The notes beneath the pieces are model-generated. The model did not search any database, was not told the origin of the DNA, and saw only the letters and a program-made list of their open reading frames with translations. From Marsupella aquatica (Eukaryota > Plantae > Marchantiophyta), in contig OZ316891.1 in the NCBI GenBank assembly GCA_973895155.1, positions 23,145,884-23,209,883 of the forward strand: DNA of 64,000 nt. The letters are read 5' to 3'. The stretch's first letter is position 1. Every line of letters starts with the position of its first letter. Positions 39,901 through 55,109 of this stretch are shown piece by piece. The translations under genes were made by a program, and so were the position numbers.

Positions 39901-42124
39901 CATGAGGTCCAAAGTGAACGTCAACAAGGTGGGCAAATGCATCTTCTTCAAGGACAGGGTCATCTCCCTCATCTCCCTCATCTCCCTCATCGTCAACATC
40001 ATCATCCAACTCTCCATCATCATCCAACTCTCCATCATATGCATCATGGTACTCCTCATCCTCATCGTCCATCTCATCATGGTCAAGGGGCTGACCCTCA
40101 GCATCCTCCTCGTCTGAGAAATGTAAGGTGGCACGTACGTGAAAGGCACGGGCTGATGTAGTCATCATTGATGGGTGAGGTGTGGGAGTAATATGTACAC
40201 CATCCTAGAGTTTTCAATATGCAATGACAAATAACAATTAGAGAAAGGGTTTATGTGATAAAGCTTACAGTGAAACATCAATAATGAAAAATGCAAGGGT
40301 CACCCCATAATGAATATGTCATGTACACATGTAAACATCAATGCCAATCATAATCTACGAGAATCTCTTCCCCTGCTCTAATGGTGCGGGTAGCATGTGT
40401 CAAGATGTAATGCGTGCATGCTACAGGCAAACGAGGGTGACTCTGGTCATGGACTCGGGGGGATCAGTATATGAAGGGTCATACATCACGTGCGACGGTT
40501 TGGGTCATTTATGACCCCCCTAAGTCACTTTCTAGAAAGTTGTACGACACCAATCATGTGATGACACGTATGCATTTTGCAATTAAACAACCCTATATTT
40601 CCATAGAAGACTTAATAAGTCTTCCGCCAAAACCATTTAAATGGCCCTATACTTCGTCGCACATGATATGCCACTTCCATGGAAGTGACCCCCTCGAGGT
40701 CATGGAACTCGTGCCACTCAGCATTTGGCCTAAACCCTGAACGCCGAGAACCAATAGTGCTATTGATGTAACCCGCCAAGTTCCCCGTGCAAGGTGGGTA
40801 ACCATCAATTGAGCATACCTAGGGTCCAACTTTAGTGACATGCCATATCGACTAAAGGTTGGGCACTGTCGGGACAAGATGCGCCATCTTGCCGCCGAAT
40901 ACTTGGGCCCATAGAATGGAAACAACTGAGGCAAATCATCGGGTGCACAACCGGTAGGGACCACGATATCCACAAGAGCAAATACTCCAAGTCCTACATG
41001 AGTCCCCAATGTGGAGGGGAGGATGACCCATGGGCGGTCCCAAACTATAATAGGCTCCCGAAGCGGGAGGTCCATAGGGAGTCCAAACTGGGCTGGGAAG
41101 GAGTCCTTTAAGATGTCCAAGGCTCTCCCTCGCAACTGTCTCGGTGCCCGGGACACGGATGCATCAAGCAAAGGGCATTGGGGCGGAACAATCCTAGGTG
41201 GACGGGACTCAATCGATCGGGGTCTAGTGGTCACCACTACTCCCCTCTCAATAGGGTGCATCCTAAACACTCTCCTCCTCCTCCGAAATACACGGTCTAT
41301 CTCCCTCAATGTGGCTGGCAAATCGGATGGATGGACGAGTGGTGCGAGTGCACGATATGCAATGTCTCTCAAGCGGTCCACAGGCGAAGATCGCACTACA
41401 ACAGGAATCTGTTCCACATGTTCACCAAAACAAGTTCAGAATATGACAATCAAAAAACAATTCAAGGAAGGAGATGTTATCATAATTGCAATACCCAACA
41501 AAATTGTATTACCTCTCGGGTCGGGGGGGTGTAACGACCATGGATCCCTAAATGGCTAAGGACAGTGGTCCTCTCGTGTAAGACAACACCCTTGCATCGT
41601 CTGCAAGGGCAAGGCATCTTGCAAATTGGCCCAATCCCCTGAAGAGCAGCCATGGCCTCTCCAAATCCATCAGCATGATGGGGGCTCCGGCCTCTCCTAC
41701 CGTCGGAACCATGTCTGCATCGACGACGCCTGGATCGGTGACGCCTAGATCGATCATACATGTCTGGTGAGTAATCTCTCTCCCGGTCCGATAGGTCGTC
41801 CCTCCCCCTATGATGATGGTCATCTCTGCGTCGGGTGTAAGTACCCCCACCATGGTCCTCATAGGATGAGTCATCCCTCCTCCTCCCTCCCTCGTCATCC
41901 CTCCTCCTCTGCCGCTCATCATTGCTCCTATAGCCCGATGAAGCTGAACTCCCCTTATGCCGATGATGGTGTCTATGTTGGTGAGAACTACCGCCATGCT
42001 CATTGTCATCGTCACACGAGTCATCCCTTTGCCTATCCGACTCATCATACGTCCCCCTATGATGATGATGGTATCTGTGCCGATGATGCCTGCCCCCATC
42101 ATGGTCCAATGCATAGGTTGCCAT
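36962..42124 (-). CDS. CACTA TnpD transposase no. 1 (transposase-associated domain + Transposase_21 + DUF4218); C-terminal DUF4216 exon not found
   Basis: Predicted exons 42124-41513, 40204-39798, 39657-39351, 39051-38547, 38444-38131, 38030-37603 and 37447-36962, all GT-AG and in frame. Motifs: CPCRRCKG..VLSHLGIHG, RNVRLGLAIDG, CTTDGPG, CPSC, LDPMHIE, LKSHDYH, LHLLCHL, WMYWVER. Confidence 0.85.
40338..41408 (-). pseudogene. SET-domain (protein lysine methyltransferase-like) exon nested in the first intron of TnpD no. 1; one frameshift plus a MITE insertion
   Basis: VILPSTLGTHVGLGVFALVDI..LFPFYGPKY..YGMSL, then a frameshift at about 40812, IDGYPPCTGNLAGYINS..PNAEWHEFHD, the MITE, and QSHPRLPVACTHYILTHATRTIRAGEEILVDYDWH* (stop 40338-40340). 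The GxG, YxG, YIN and EExxxDY SET motifs are all present. Confidence 0.88.
40454..40698. mobile_element. 245-bp non-autonomous TIR element (MITE) with an 8-bp TSD
   Basis: TSD gtcatgga at 40446-40453 and 40699-40706. TIRs ctcggggggatca and tgaccccctcgag. Removing it restores the SET reading frame. Confidence 0.9.
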
Positions 42125-42539
42125 GTCCCCTGTGATCAAATTTACAAAGGCCCCCACAACATATTAAACCCCAAGCATAAACGTATCCCGCTACGTTAAC
42201 CAAACTAACGTCCATCCACACGACGTTCCCCTAAACTTAACGTCGTTTTTTAGGTTGTGGGGAGGTTGCCGAATTTAGTTTACGTAATAATGTACGACGT
42301 ACTTAATAAGTTAACGTCGTTAGGTATGACGTAATTATATGTAACGTCGCCGCTAAACCCTACACTCCTGGTTAACGTTGTGATTAATGACGTTAAATTA
42401 GGGTAACGGCGGGTCTCCAAGGTTTGTGGGCTACGGCTGTTTTCCTTTAACAAAACATCGGGAAGTGACTTGAATGTGACTCACATTCAACATTCAACAC
42501 TTCCCCTCTCCCCCTCTCGACCTCCTATCTTAACAGTGA

Positions 42540-44883
<2,344 letters not shown>

Positions 44884-45499
44884 GGTATACCATGCATGAC
44901 TATGTGGACGTCCACCTGCATTTTGTACATTTTTGGCACAAACTTTTGACGCCACCCATTTATAGTGGCATTCCGGACTTCATATGTCTATTTTATGTGT
45001 ATTCCGTGTGTATATGAACCTAAACCTAAAGCCCACCCAACTAAGGTAGCCTGGAAGGATGTTCCATACAAGATTAATGTTTACCACAAACGGCACTCCA
45101 TTCACGTCTCTCCATTCTTGGTACTATTTTCAAACGTTCTCGTTAACACCATTTTTACCAAGCCTCACACGACTAACTACTCATACGTCTTGGACAGACT
45201 CATCATTAACAAAGTCACAAACTACGTAATCTGAAATTAACATCGTTTTAAACGATGTTATCAGCTGATTTCCCTGTTCAATCTGCGTCCAGAATAATGT
45301 CTTTATTTACGATGTTAATATGTAACGTAGTATGGACTGACGTATGTAACGTAGTTTTGGACGATGTAAACTGTAACCTTTGTTACTTCGTACAAAACGT
45401 GCCGTCATTCACGTCGAGTATGTCGCCTTTCTTTAGCAGCAAGGAGACGTCGGGCTTAACGTCTTCATGTAACACGTAAAAAGTCCTGATAATGTAGTT

Positions 45500-48400
45500 G
45501 TGTCAAGTGACAGTGGAAGCAACAACCCTGATCGCAATCTACCTAGAACATATGAACAGGTTATTGATGACCAAGATAGAGCCATGGATGATTTTATGGT
45601 TGATTGGTTTGGTGTTGATGTCCCTGGTGATGACGCTGAGGTGTCTGCTGATCAAGGAGGTCATGTGCCCCCCAATGATCCATGACCAAGACATACCCCC
45701 AAGGGACAGCGCCAATGGGAGGAAGCAGAGGAACATGCCCGAACTCCTATCTATGAGGGTGCTCGTTTGAGTCATCTTTCTGCTATCTTGGGGTTGATGA
45801 ATCTACAGGCCAAACACAAGGCAAGCAATGCCTTGTTATCTGATATGTTTGCACTTTGCCATGACCTTATGTTACCTTCTGGCAATGTGTTGCCAGGAAC
45901 TTGGAAGGAGGCCAAGCGTGTTCTCTCATCAATTGGCATGGAATATCATATCATTCATGCATGTGTGAATGATTGCATGTTATTTCATGGGGCCGATGAG
46001 AAGAAGACATAGTGTACTGAATGTCATGAGCCACGGTATGACCCCAACATGATTACAAAGAAGGTGCCAAGAAAAGCTGTTCGTTGGTTTCCCATCATTC
46101 CTCGGTTGTTGCACATGTACAGGTGTTCTGATTTGGCAGAGTTGATGGTATGGCATAAGACTCATCGATCAGAGCCTGGTGTTATGCGGTTGCCAATTGA
46201 CTCTCCTGCAGTCAAACATATTGAGGAAACATGGCCAGACTTTGCACATGATCCTCGTCATGTGAGGTTGGGATTGGCATCTGATGGGGTTAGTCCTCAT
46301 GCCCTTGGAGGCAAGGGAAGACCTACATCAGTTTGGCCTGTGGTTGTTATGAATTACAACCTTCCACCATGGCTATCCATGAAGAAGGGGTTCCTCTTGC
46401 TGTCTTTGATTATTCCAGGTCCAAAAAAGGTGAAGAACTTTGACACTTATTTGGCACTATTGATTGGAGAACTCCAAAAACTGTGGGGTGGAGTGTGGGC
46501 ATATGATGGCAGGAAAAATACATGAGGCATTCCACGTGTATTTAAATTGAGAGGGGTAGTTTGTTGGACAATGCATGACTATCCTGGTAAGATGACTTTT
46601 TGACCATATGCCACCCTTCTTTGATATGCTCTTTAATATACTTGTTTGTCATGTGACAACCCTAACATTTAGTCTGGTTTTATTTTTGGTGTAACCAGGG
46701 TTTGGCTTTGTCTCTGGATTGCAAACTCAGGGGTACAAAGCTTGCTCCACCTGTGGTCCACAATTGCAAGATATGGCAATTTGGTCCCCATGGCTTAGGA
46801 AGATTGTTTACATTGGGCATACAAAGTTTCTTCCGATGGGGCATGAGATGAGGTCTGACCCACTTTTATTTTCCTCCTTTGACATGCCCCTTGGTGATAT
46901 GCGGGAAATTCCGGAACCAACAACTTTTGGGCATTGGAAGTCACTAGCTGATAGGGTGGCAGACCCTGATGATCCCCTCACCTTTGATGGTACTGGGTTG
47001 ACGAGGTGGAGTATACTAGCCAGTTTGCCCTATTGGTCAGAGTTGAAGATCCGCCATCTTTTAGACCCCATGCACATAGAGGGAAATGTGGGGAAGGCGT
47101 TGATAGCTCATTTTTTATGGGGAGAAGGACACTAACTTCAGGGAGGCATGTGAAGAGTTGGAAATGCATCCAGATGTATGGGTACAAGTTGATCCTGCCA
47201 CAGGTTTGGAACATCGTCCTTCTACTCCTTGGGTGCTTAGTGTTGGCCAAAGACGTGAATTCCGGAATCGTATAGGGGAGATGCGGTTTCCTACAGGCTA
47301 TGGTGCCAATTTGAGGAAAGCTTTTGGGATGGAGGACAATCACAAATGGCCACGGTATCTCAAGACACATGACTATCACCGCTTATTGCAGCATATATTG
47401 CCAGTGGCAATTATAGGGTTGGGGACCAAAGAAGTGCAAGATGCCATTTGGTCATTGGGTCGTTTGTTGAGATGGATATGCTCAAAGGAGATATATGTGG
47501 AAGAGATTCCTAGAATGGAGGTATTGGCTGCTGAGGTGGTTTGCAAGTTGGAGAAGGCCCTCCCTCCTTCCTTCTTTGATTGTCAGGTTCATTTACTTGT
47601 GCATCTTGTGAGGGAGGTTGCCATTGCTGGTCCAGTTCATTGTCGATGGATGTACTGGCTTGAGCGTTACATGTCAGTCTTGAAGGCTTATGTACGTAAT
47701 CGTGCACGAGTGGAGGGAAGCATAGCTACAGGATACTTGGCTGCAGAGAGCATGTTTTATTGTAGTAACATCTTGGCCACCATTGATCGGACTTTACCAC
47801 GTACTTGGATGGAGGAGAGGCAAGAGGAGGAGGACCGTTTAACAGGAGCAACAAAAACATGCATGCTTACATCAACAGAGTGGACACAGTTGAATACATT
47901 CATGTTGAGTAATAGCAATGTCATGGATGAATGGAGGGAGTTTTATGACAATGCCAAAAGAATGAGTCAAAGGGCAAGGATTTTTCCTAAGTTGCATGAG
48001 TTTATGAAGGAAAAGTTGGTTGAGTTGGATTGCATTTTGGCACAAGGAGGAGATGTCTCACAGTTTCCTACTATGACAAATGACATTCGGACCATTGTTC
48101 ATGGCCCTTTGAGAGTGGTAACATCCAAGACGGCCATGTGGACCCAAGGGAGACACTTCAGGTTTCACTAGTTCCTAACCTTGTTTTCCATATTGATGTA
48201 CTACTACTTAAGATATAGTAATCATTTTACTTAAGATAAGTGTGTTTTTCTCTTTTGGTATGAAAGGTTCCTCATAACATGATTAGTGTTTTTTGTGTAG
48301 TAGTAACAATATATGGGTCTTGTTAATTTCAGGATTTCTTCCCTTGATGAGAAGAGGCTCGTACTTTTGATTGTGGAGTTCAAGGGCAGTTTTGTCAGGA

Positions 48401-49491
48401 CTCCCGGAGTAGCCGACATGATAGGAACATTGTTCGTGATGTTGTGCCACACTATGGGAAGATAGAGGAGATTTTGGTGGTCTCATATGACAACCAATCT
48501 AAGTTTGAGGAGTCCTTGGGCCCCCAGCCTTTGTAAACTAAAGAGGTATACGTGCGTACACCCCCCTCCCTAGTACCCCTTATTATTTTTGGAAGCCTAT
48601 AAAAAATTTTCTTGTTATTCTTAAAAACTTAATTTTGGAGAATAAATCTGCCCCTTTGAGATATTATAATTTCACATTTTACACCATTTATGAAAGCCTT
48701 GAAAAGTTATAAACTCATCATGTGCAAACGGTTCTAAAACTGACGGGAGTGTTTTGGAAGGGTTTTGGGTACATACATTTTTGTTTTCGTGACCCTTTAA
48801 CCCCAAACTTCAACTTTGGGGCATTTTTGAACCACAGGGCAGGGTAGTCAGGGTTCAAAAGCTCCAAAGTCCTAAACTACTCTGAATCATAGATGTTGCA
48901 AGCATAATTATATGTCATATACACATGTTCCAATAAAGGGTGACCACAAGGACCAATCCTATTGTGACGCGTGTCACATCCATATTACATCACCTCTTGA
49001 AGCATATTAACTTGGGTCACATTTATATAAGCCTATATTAGTTAGAAAGGGTTCTTTGAATAAAAACATCCCTTGATATTTTTAAGTCAATTATAAAAAT
49101 TAATCTCAAATCAGATTTTTTGCACCCTTCATCCGTTCGCACGTCCAGCCCATTATTAATAATGCTGGGGGCCCAGGGTGAGGAGTATGTCTTCAAGTGC
49201 AAGTGGTTCAAAGTGAACCTTGTTGGTAATAATCGCACTGTACTCCAAGATGAGAGTGGGTTTACACGGTTGAGGACAAGTGCCACTAGTTTTCAAGCAT
49301 CTCATTGGCAAACGTCAGAGCCATTTACTTTCCCATCTCACTTGGAGCAATGTTTCTACGTTCCATACCCCTTAGACCCAGAGTGGTCACTTGTCATCAC
49401 ATATGTGCCACGGTCTCATTCCATTGTTTCAGACAAGCCAGACACTATTTTTGTGTCAGATGTAGAGGACATTGAAGGTGACCAAGTGTGA
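45500..49491 (+). pseudogene. CACTA TnpD transposase no. 2 (Transposase_21 + DUF4218 + DUF4216), disrupted
   Basis: Motifs: RHVRLGLASDG, WTMHDYPG, CSTC, LDPMHIE, LKTHDYH, VHLLVHL, WMYWLER, HYGKIEEI, FKCKWF. Introns 46587-46698 and 48162-48332. Stops at 45683, 46010 and 46523, frameshifts at about 47115 and 48357, and a MITE at 48514. Confidence 0.93.
48514..49178. mobile_element. 665-bp non-autonomous TIR element with an 8-bp TSD
   Basis: TSD tgaggagt at 48506-48513 and 49179-49186. TIRs ccttgggcccccagc and gctgggggcccaggg (14/15 match). Excision restores ..NQSKFEEYVFKCKW... Confidence 0.93.
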
Positions 49492-49898
49492 GAGACACTT
49501 ATGGATATTTAAACCAAAAATCTATATCATGGATTGTTCATGTTGTTTCTTAATTAATATTTCATACACCATTAGTGTGGTAGGTATTTTCATTTTGGAC
49601 TCCTACTTTCAAAAGAGGTCATGCATATAAGTGACATGGGTACTCCCTCCCTTATCCCTCCTCCCTCTTTGAACCCAAACACTCCTTCCTCTTCCAAAAA
49701 CTCCATAGCTTTTTCTCCTCCCTCCCTCTTCGCTAAAGTCTCTCCTATTTTTAGTAAACCCTCTTTGGACTCCCTTCTTCCTCCGTCCCTCATCCACCTT
49801 CCAACTCCCTTCCTCCCTCTTTCACCTTTCACCTCCCTCCCTCCTCCTCCCCCATTCAAACTCTAACCTAGATGCACACACAAGTCTAACATAAACGT

Positions 49899-50408
49899 TT
49901 GCGAACTGTTTGCGAAACTAAACAAATCCCAACCAAATCGCAATTCTGCCATTTAAACCGTTTCTCAATTATTCCATACTATACGCTTCACTATTTTGCG
50001 ATATCCAGACCATCCCACCTTTACCATCCATATCGTTTCGCACATTTGCCATACAAACCCATCGCAAATTGTTTGAAGCTAACCTTTTCGCAAACATCCT
50101 CCAATACTAATTGTTTTGCATCATTAATGTTACCGTGGTTTCAGACTTTCGGAGCGGTCATGGAGCCTTCGTAATGTGTTTTGTAATCTCTGTAGTTTCG
50201 CAAACTATTGTGATACAATAAAGTTCGCAAAATGTTTGCGATGCAAATCACATGGAAGACCAAAGTTGCGATACCACAAGTATCGCAAATTGCGATGCGT
50301 ATTGAGTCATCAACGGTTTGAAGCATCTGGAATCGCAAACGTGTGTCCGGACTCAAATGAGCTTCGCAAAAGGGCAAAATATGTTGTAGTGCCTGTTTTC
50401 TTCTAGTG
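49899..50408. repeat. CACTA subterminal repeats (TCGCAAA/TTTGCGA, about 14 copies in both orientations) and terminal inverted repeat
   Basis: Motif copies between 49899 and 50370; terminus at 50392-50408. Confidence 0.85.
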
Positions 50409-52180
50409 CCACATGATAGTTTGAATCCACTCCGAATAGAGTTTTGTGAAAAAAATGGAGGCTTTACACCGTGCCAGGAAATAGGAGATTTTTTTACTGA
50501 TACGAGCAAAAACTTTCCTCATATCAGGAGAGTTTTCCTGTTATCAGCAATGTTTTTACTCACATCAGGAAAAACATTCAAGGAATTGTCATCCTCCGTA
50601 CTGTTGTGAGCAACACCAATTAAAAAACATTCAAAAAATTCCATGAAAAGTGGAGTGCCAAGTCTCTCGAACCACTTGAAAATGTTCAAAACCAATTAAA
50701 AACAAAATGGGGCACCTCCCTAACCTCAAAAGGAAGATTTTGAGGAAAATATGTAAATAATACTAGTGCCAGGCGCTATCAATGACTCAACCCTATTTTA
50801 CGAAACCAAACATTGTCTAATACATTCATTCTCAATAAGCTTCTGTATATGATAATGCTGTTGGAAAACGACAAAGTACTGACCATTGGAACGTTAACTA
50901 CATAATAGACACCTCTTTAAATACTACCCTAAACTTTGTCGTTCCAACAAGAGACGTATTTCTCCAACGGTGAGTATAGGCTGACTCGACAACGTTGATT
51001 CTCGAAGGTCCAGTTTGAAAACATTCTTATAAATCCAATACAGATGTTTGCAAGGCAGGAAGGGTTTGCAGTGGGCATGACGACGATAGAAATCTTTGCA
51101 AGAACAGCACGGGAAGCAGCAAATCTGAACCCAATAGGCAATGATAGAGTGGTGACCAATGTGTGTTTGGATGCAAAATTGTTTGCCCCATCCATTTCCT
51201 GTCGCAACATCCCTTGAACAGATTATTTTCATTTCTTCTTTATCAGCTGCCTCAATCTTCTTATAGTGCGATTTAGTTAGATGCACTCTCTGTAGGCACG
51301 TCCTCCCGTTTCGAGATAAACAGCGAATTGTCGACTGAAGCAGATTGATCCTTTCCGGGAAAACATTGACATCGATTTGAAGATCTAGTCCACTTGGTGC
51401 ATTTCTTACACGATCACCTTCACCTCCGATCGATATTCCGTTGCCCTTCAGAAACTCTACCTCCGCAGTAGAAAGATTTGTAGTCAATGCAATGGGCAAG
51501 TGATCACAAGGTGGTGGAACATTCACCACACCTTTTCGAGGACGACTTTTGTAAAAAACATTATTCGGACAGAACCAGATCAGTTCTGGATGTGGTTCCC
51601 CTCTGAAAATTTGCGCTGCTCGAACTGCGATACCAACGACTCCGTTTGACGTCCGGTAGCCTACTTTCTTCAATCGATTTCTACATTCGTCACGATCTCC
51701 ATGTCCGCCAAGGGATCCATTGCAGACTGGGCCAGCACCATGCTTCGAAGTTCTCCTAATATGCCATGCTCCAGAAGGAACATTGGACTCCAACACGGAT
51801 GGGGTTACTTCTTCAATAACATGGACTGGGGTCGTGACTGGAGTTGCAGATGACCTCGTCTCCATCGGAGGAGGAGGTGTCCGCTCTTCAAGACTAGCTG
51901 AGGCATCGCTCTCTGAACTATTGACGACTACACTCTCTTGGGGACCTGGTTCAGAAGGAATCGCAGAGAATTCCGTTCTATTGAGATTTCTTCTCTTCAA
52001 ACCTCGGGTGTTTGGGGTCGTAATGAGGATAGTGTCATGCCTGTGGGAGTCTTGCGCAGAGACATTTCCAGTAGCATGTCCCTTCCTCTTTATTGACCGG
52101 GTCTGTACATCCCCGCTCAGGGGTCTCACTATATGGGGACCTCCCCATCACCTGCGACGTTTTTAGGCCTCGGACCCCAT

Positions 52181-52411
52181 AAAATGCAAGAAAAAATTAT
52201 TATTTTTTAACCCCTATAAAGTTGGAATATTCTTGGAATATTCCAAAAATTGGATTAAAACGGCCCTAATGTTCTTATAAGTCTCAAAATTGAATTTAAA
52301 GACCCTATTGTTCTTCTACAAAAATTCTTAAGTCTTCCCTTACAACCAATAAAATGACCCTATCCTTCGTCGCACGTGATATGCCATTTTTGTGGAAGTG
52401 AAACCCCCGAG
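52181..52411. mobile_element. MITE fragment related to the 40454-40698 element
   Basis: About 120 bp of similarity: aatgaccctatccttcgtcgcacgtgatatgcca..ggaagtgaaacccccgag versus aatggccctatacttcgtcgcacatgatatgcca..ggaagtgaccccctcgag. The left TIR and TSD are not evident. Confidence 0.7.
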
Positions 52412-52778
52412 CATCCCCGTTCAAAGGGGAATTCCTTTCCAAATCGAATTCAGCCGCATTGGAAAGGAAAAGGTTTGAAGCTTCTTCAAACAACCTTGGG
52501 GAACCCGCTAGATCTGCAGAGCGAAAAGCCAGCTCAAACACAGTTGGGCCATTCCCTCTGTTCAATCCTCTCTTGTAAGCCGTATAGGCTGCAATTTGAG
52601 AGATCGCTCTATTCTGGTCGGTTTCACACCCTTCAAAGACTCCAACCTTCTTCTTCAATTGCCAGGCAATCATTGACGCGTGAGACGACTCAGATCCACC
52701 ACAATTTGGAATCATTGCCGCTTCCTCTGCACTCTTGCTCTGCAGAATTCACCGACAAGGTTAGATTTAGGACTTGAA

Positions 52779-52931
52779 TAGCGCCAGGCGCTAGCCAATG
52801 AACATATAGAAATAATAGCAGATATGATCAATTTGAACCTGTATGAGTAGCGCCAGGCGCTAGCCAATGAACACATAGAAACAATAGCATATGTAATCAC
52901 TTTGAACATGTATGAGTAGCGCCAGGCTCTG
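52779..52931. repeat. 69-bp intronic tandem repeat, each unit carrying the 15-bp palindrome
   Basis: tagcgccagg starts at 52779, 52848 and 52917, inside intron 52740-52956. Confidence 0.92.
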
Positions 52932-55109
52932 ACCAACGATTGTTTTGAATACTTACCAATCAAATAAAGTTTCCCCATTGGCGCCATCGGACAACCCACC
53001 ATGAAATCCAACCTTGCAACATTCGTAATTTACCAGGATAACAATTCCCTGCCCTCCACCATGAATCATTTCTCTAGAAATACGATATGCCTTGATAAAT
53101 GACTTTGCATTCCGCAACCTATCCCATAGGGCACGATGTTCACTCTGCTTTCCCTCAGGAATGCCTTCAATTGAGTGTCTCCGAAATGACTGAAAGAAGT
53201 GAAATGCATCTGATCGCTCACGTTCGGGATGAGGAAGTCCCCCAAAGAACACATTCCTCACAGCATTCCAACCAGCTTGAGCATTGTCCGCCATAAAACC
53301 ATGAATGTGGACATCGTGAAGACCGTTCTCATCAGCCACCTCCAACATTAAACGCCAAGACCTCTCAAGGGATTTTGTATCTTCTGCTTGCAACTCGCAA
53401 GTGAATATCGTGCAAAGTGCACGATAGTTATGGTCATAAACATGTACACTAAATGTAAGCCAATCCTTTGTCATTTGGTGCATCACATCAAAACTTACCC
53501 ACGAACCCTCAAGAGGCCCTCCGGGACTCATCTTTCAAAGAAGGTCCAGACCATAGCCTTCACCCTTAGTGGACATCTTGAAAATATGTGCACTCTCATC
53601 TCTAGACCCTTGTCCCGGCAACAAGAACCTTTGCAGAAATGGGAATGAAATGTTCTTCTGCATGCTTACCAGAAATTCCAATTCACCTCTGCCTTTCTGG
53701 TCTTGACGGATACTCCTCAGAAGGTTCACAAATTTCTGAGGCGTTGAGATGACTTGAAGAGATTCAAAAATCTTGGTCTCTTCTATTGGGATCATGTCTT
53801 GAACTGACGACTCACACATTGCCTTAAAAAGAGACGAGGTGACGGTGTTCTTCATACCCACCGCAGTTGCACGCGGATTCAAAGTCAAACCTTGTTCCAT
53901 GTGCATCTTTGCAACTTTTTCTGCCTCTCTTGAAAAAACTTGCTTGCTCGGATGGTTATGATGTCCGATGTGAATGGCAAGCCGCGACATATGCTTAGCA
54001 GACTCGGCATCAACTTTGGAAGATGCGTACATGTAGAACATCATCGCTGGACAGAGCTCAACACAAAATGGGCGCTCCCAACAATAATGACAGACAATCC
54101 CACCCTCAGGAATGAGTTGCCCGACTACGTGTGGTCCAGAAATCTTAGGAACTCTTTCCCAGAACTTTGCATTCCTCCTTTTATGTTCTGCACAGAACTG
54201 ACATGAATTGTTACGACATTCCAGAGAACCCGTGCAAAAGACTTTTCCAAAATCCCACACCTTTTTTGGGAGAACATTTGCGGAAGTCGTAACAATCCGA
54301 GTCCAATAGTAGCAGTCCTTGCCGCGATCCATGTCCCGGAGGCGTTCACCTTTTGAGCAAACTCCAACAACTGGAGGCAGTTTGAAAACAATATTCCCAT
54401 TGTACGTGCCAGGCAAGCTTGATACTTGCTCAAATCGGTAATCATTCCTTTGCATGAATCTTGAGATCTCACTCTGGGCTTTTGATTGAAGAATCGTATC
54501 AAGAGCACTCCTTCGGTACACAACTGAATTGGTCGTCCGCCCATGGACCGTCTCCACTTTGACGTTGTTTTGAGGAAGATGAAACTTTGCCAAATCTTCA
54601 TCATCGCTACTATCTGAAAGGTCAATCAAATTGACTTTCAGCTTCCCCTTTGAGGAGGATGGCACCTCAAATTTTCCCAAACTAACAATGTCATACTTCA
54701 CCCCACCGCACAACCTCCAATACCAAACTCCTCCAATGAAATAAACATCAACCACCACTTCCTCTCTCGAGATAACTATTCGTTGTATGCTTTCCCTGGG
54801 AATTCCAAACCTGGTGGCAAGATATTCCTCAGAAACTTCATCATTTTTCTTAGGAGCGGCGAGCAGGATTGCCACGAGGTCACCAGGCGGACAGCGAGAA
54901 ATTACAATTCGCGAGTCCATTGGAAATGGCGTACAGAAATGTAAGGCCACCTAAATTCATTTGTGCTGAATAAAACCGTTACGAATATGACAAAGTGACC
55001 TATTAGCAATGAATGCTTGTCGTATTCTAACGGAATTACACATGTCAGCACCTACCAAGAAAATCTTATTGATCAAAATTTGAACATAAATTTCAAGGCA
55101 CACAAATAA

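Larger units (their letters stand above)
50924..54950 (-). pseudogene. MULE-type DDE transposase with an N-terminal GCM-like Zn domain and a C-terminal SWIM finger
   Basis: GCM-like: YYW..FCTGSLECRNNSC..CHYC..CPA..IHIGHHNHP. DDE: WVSFDVMH, GFMADNAQA, DAFHF, NCGGSESSHASM. SWIM: CSCKDF..PCKHLYW. Intron 52740-52956. Stops at about 53535, 52960, 52165 and 52150, a frameshift at about 53065, and an insertion at 52181-52411. Confidence 0.85.
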
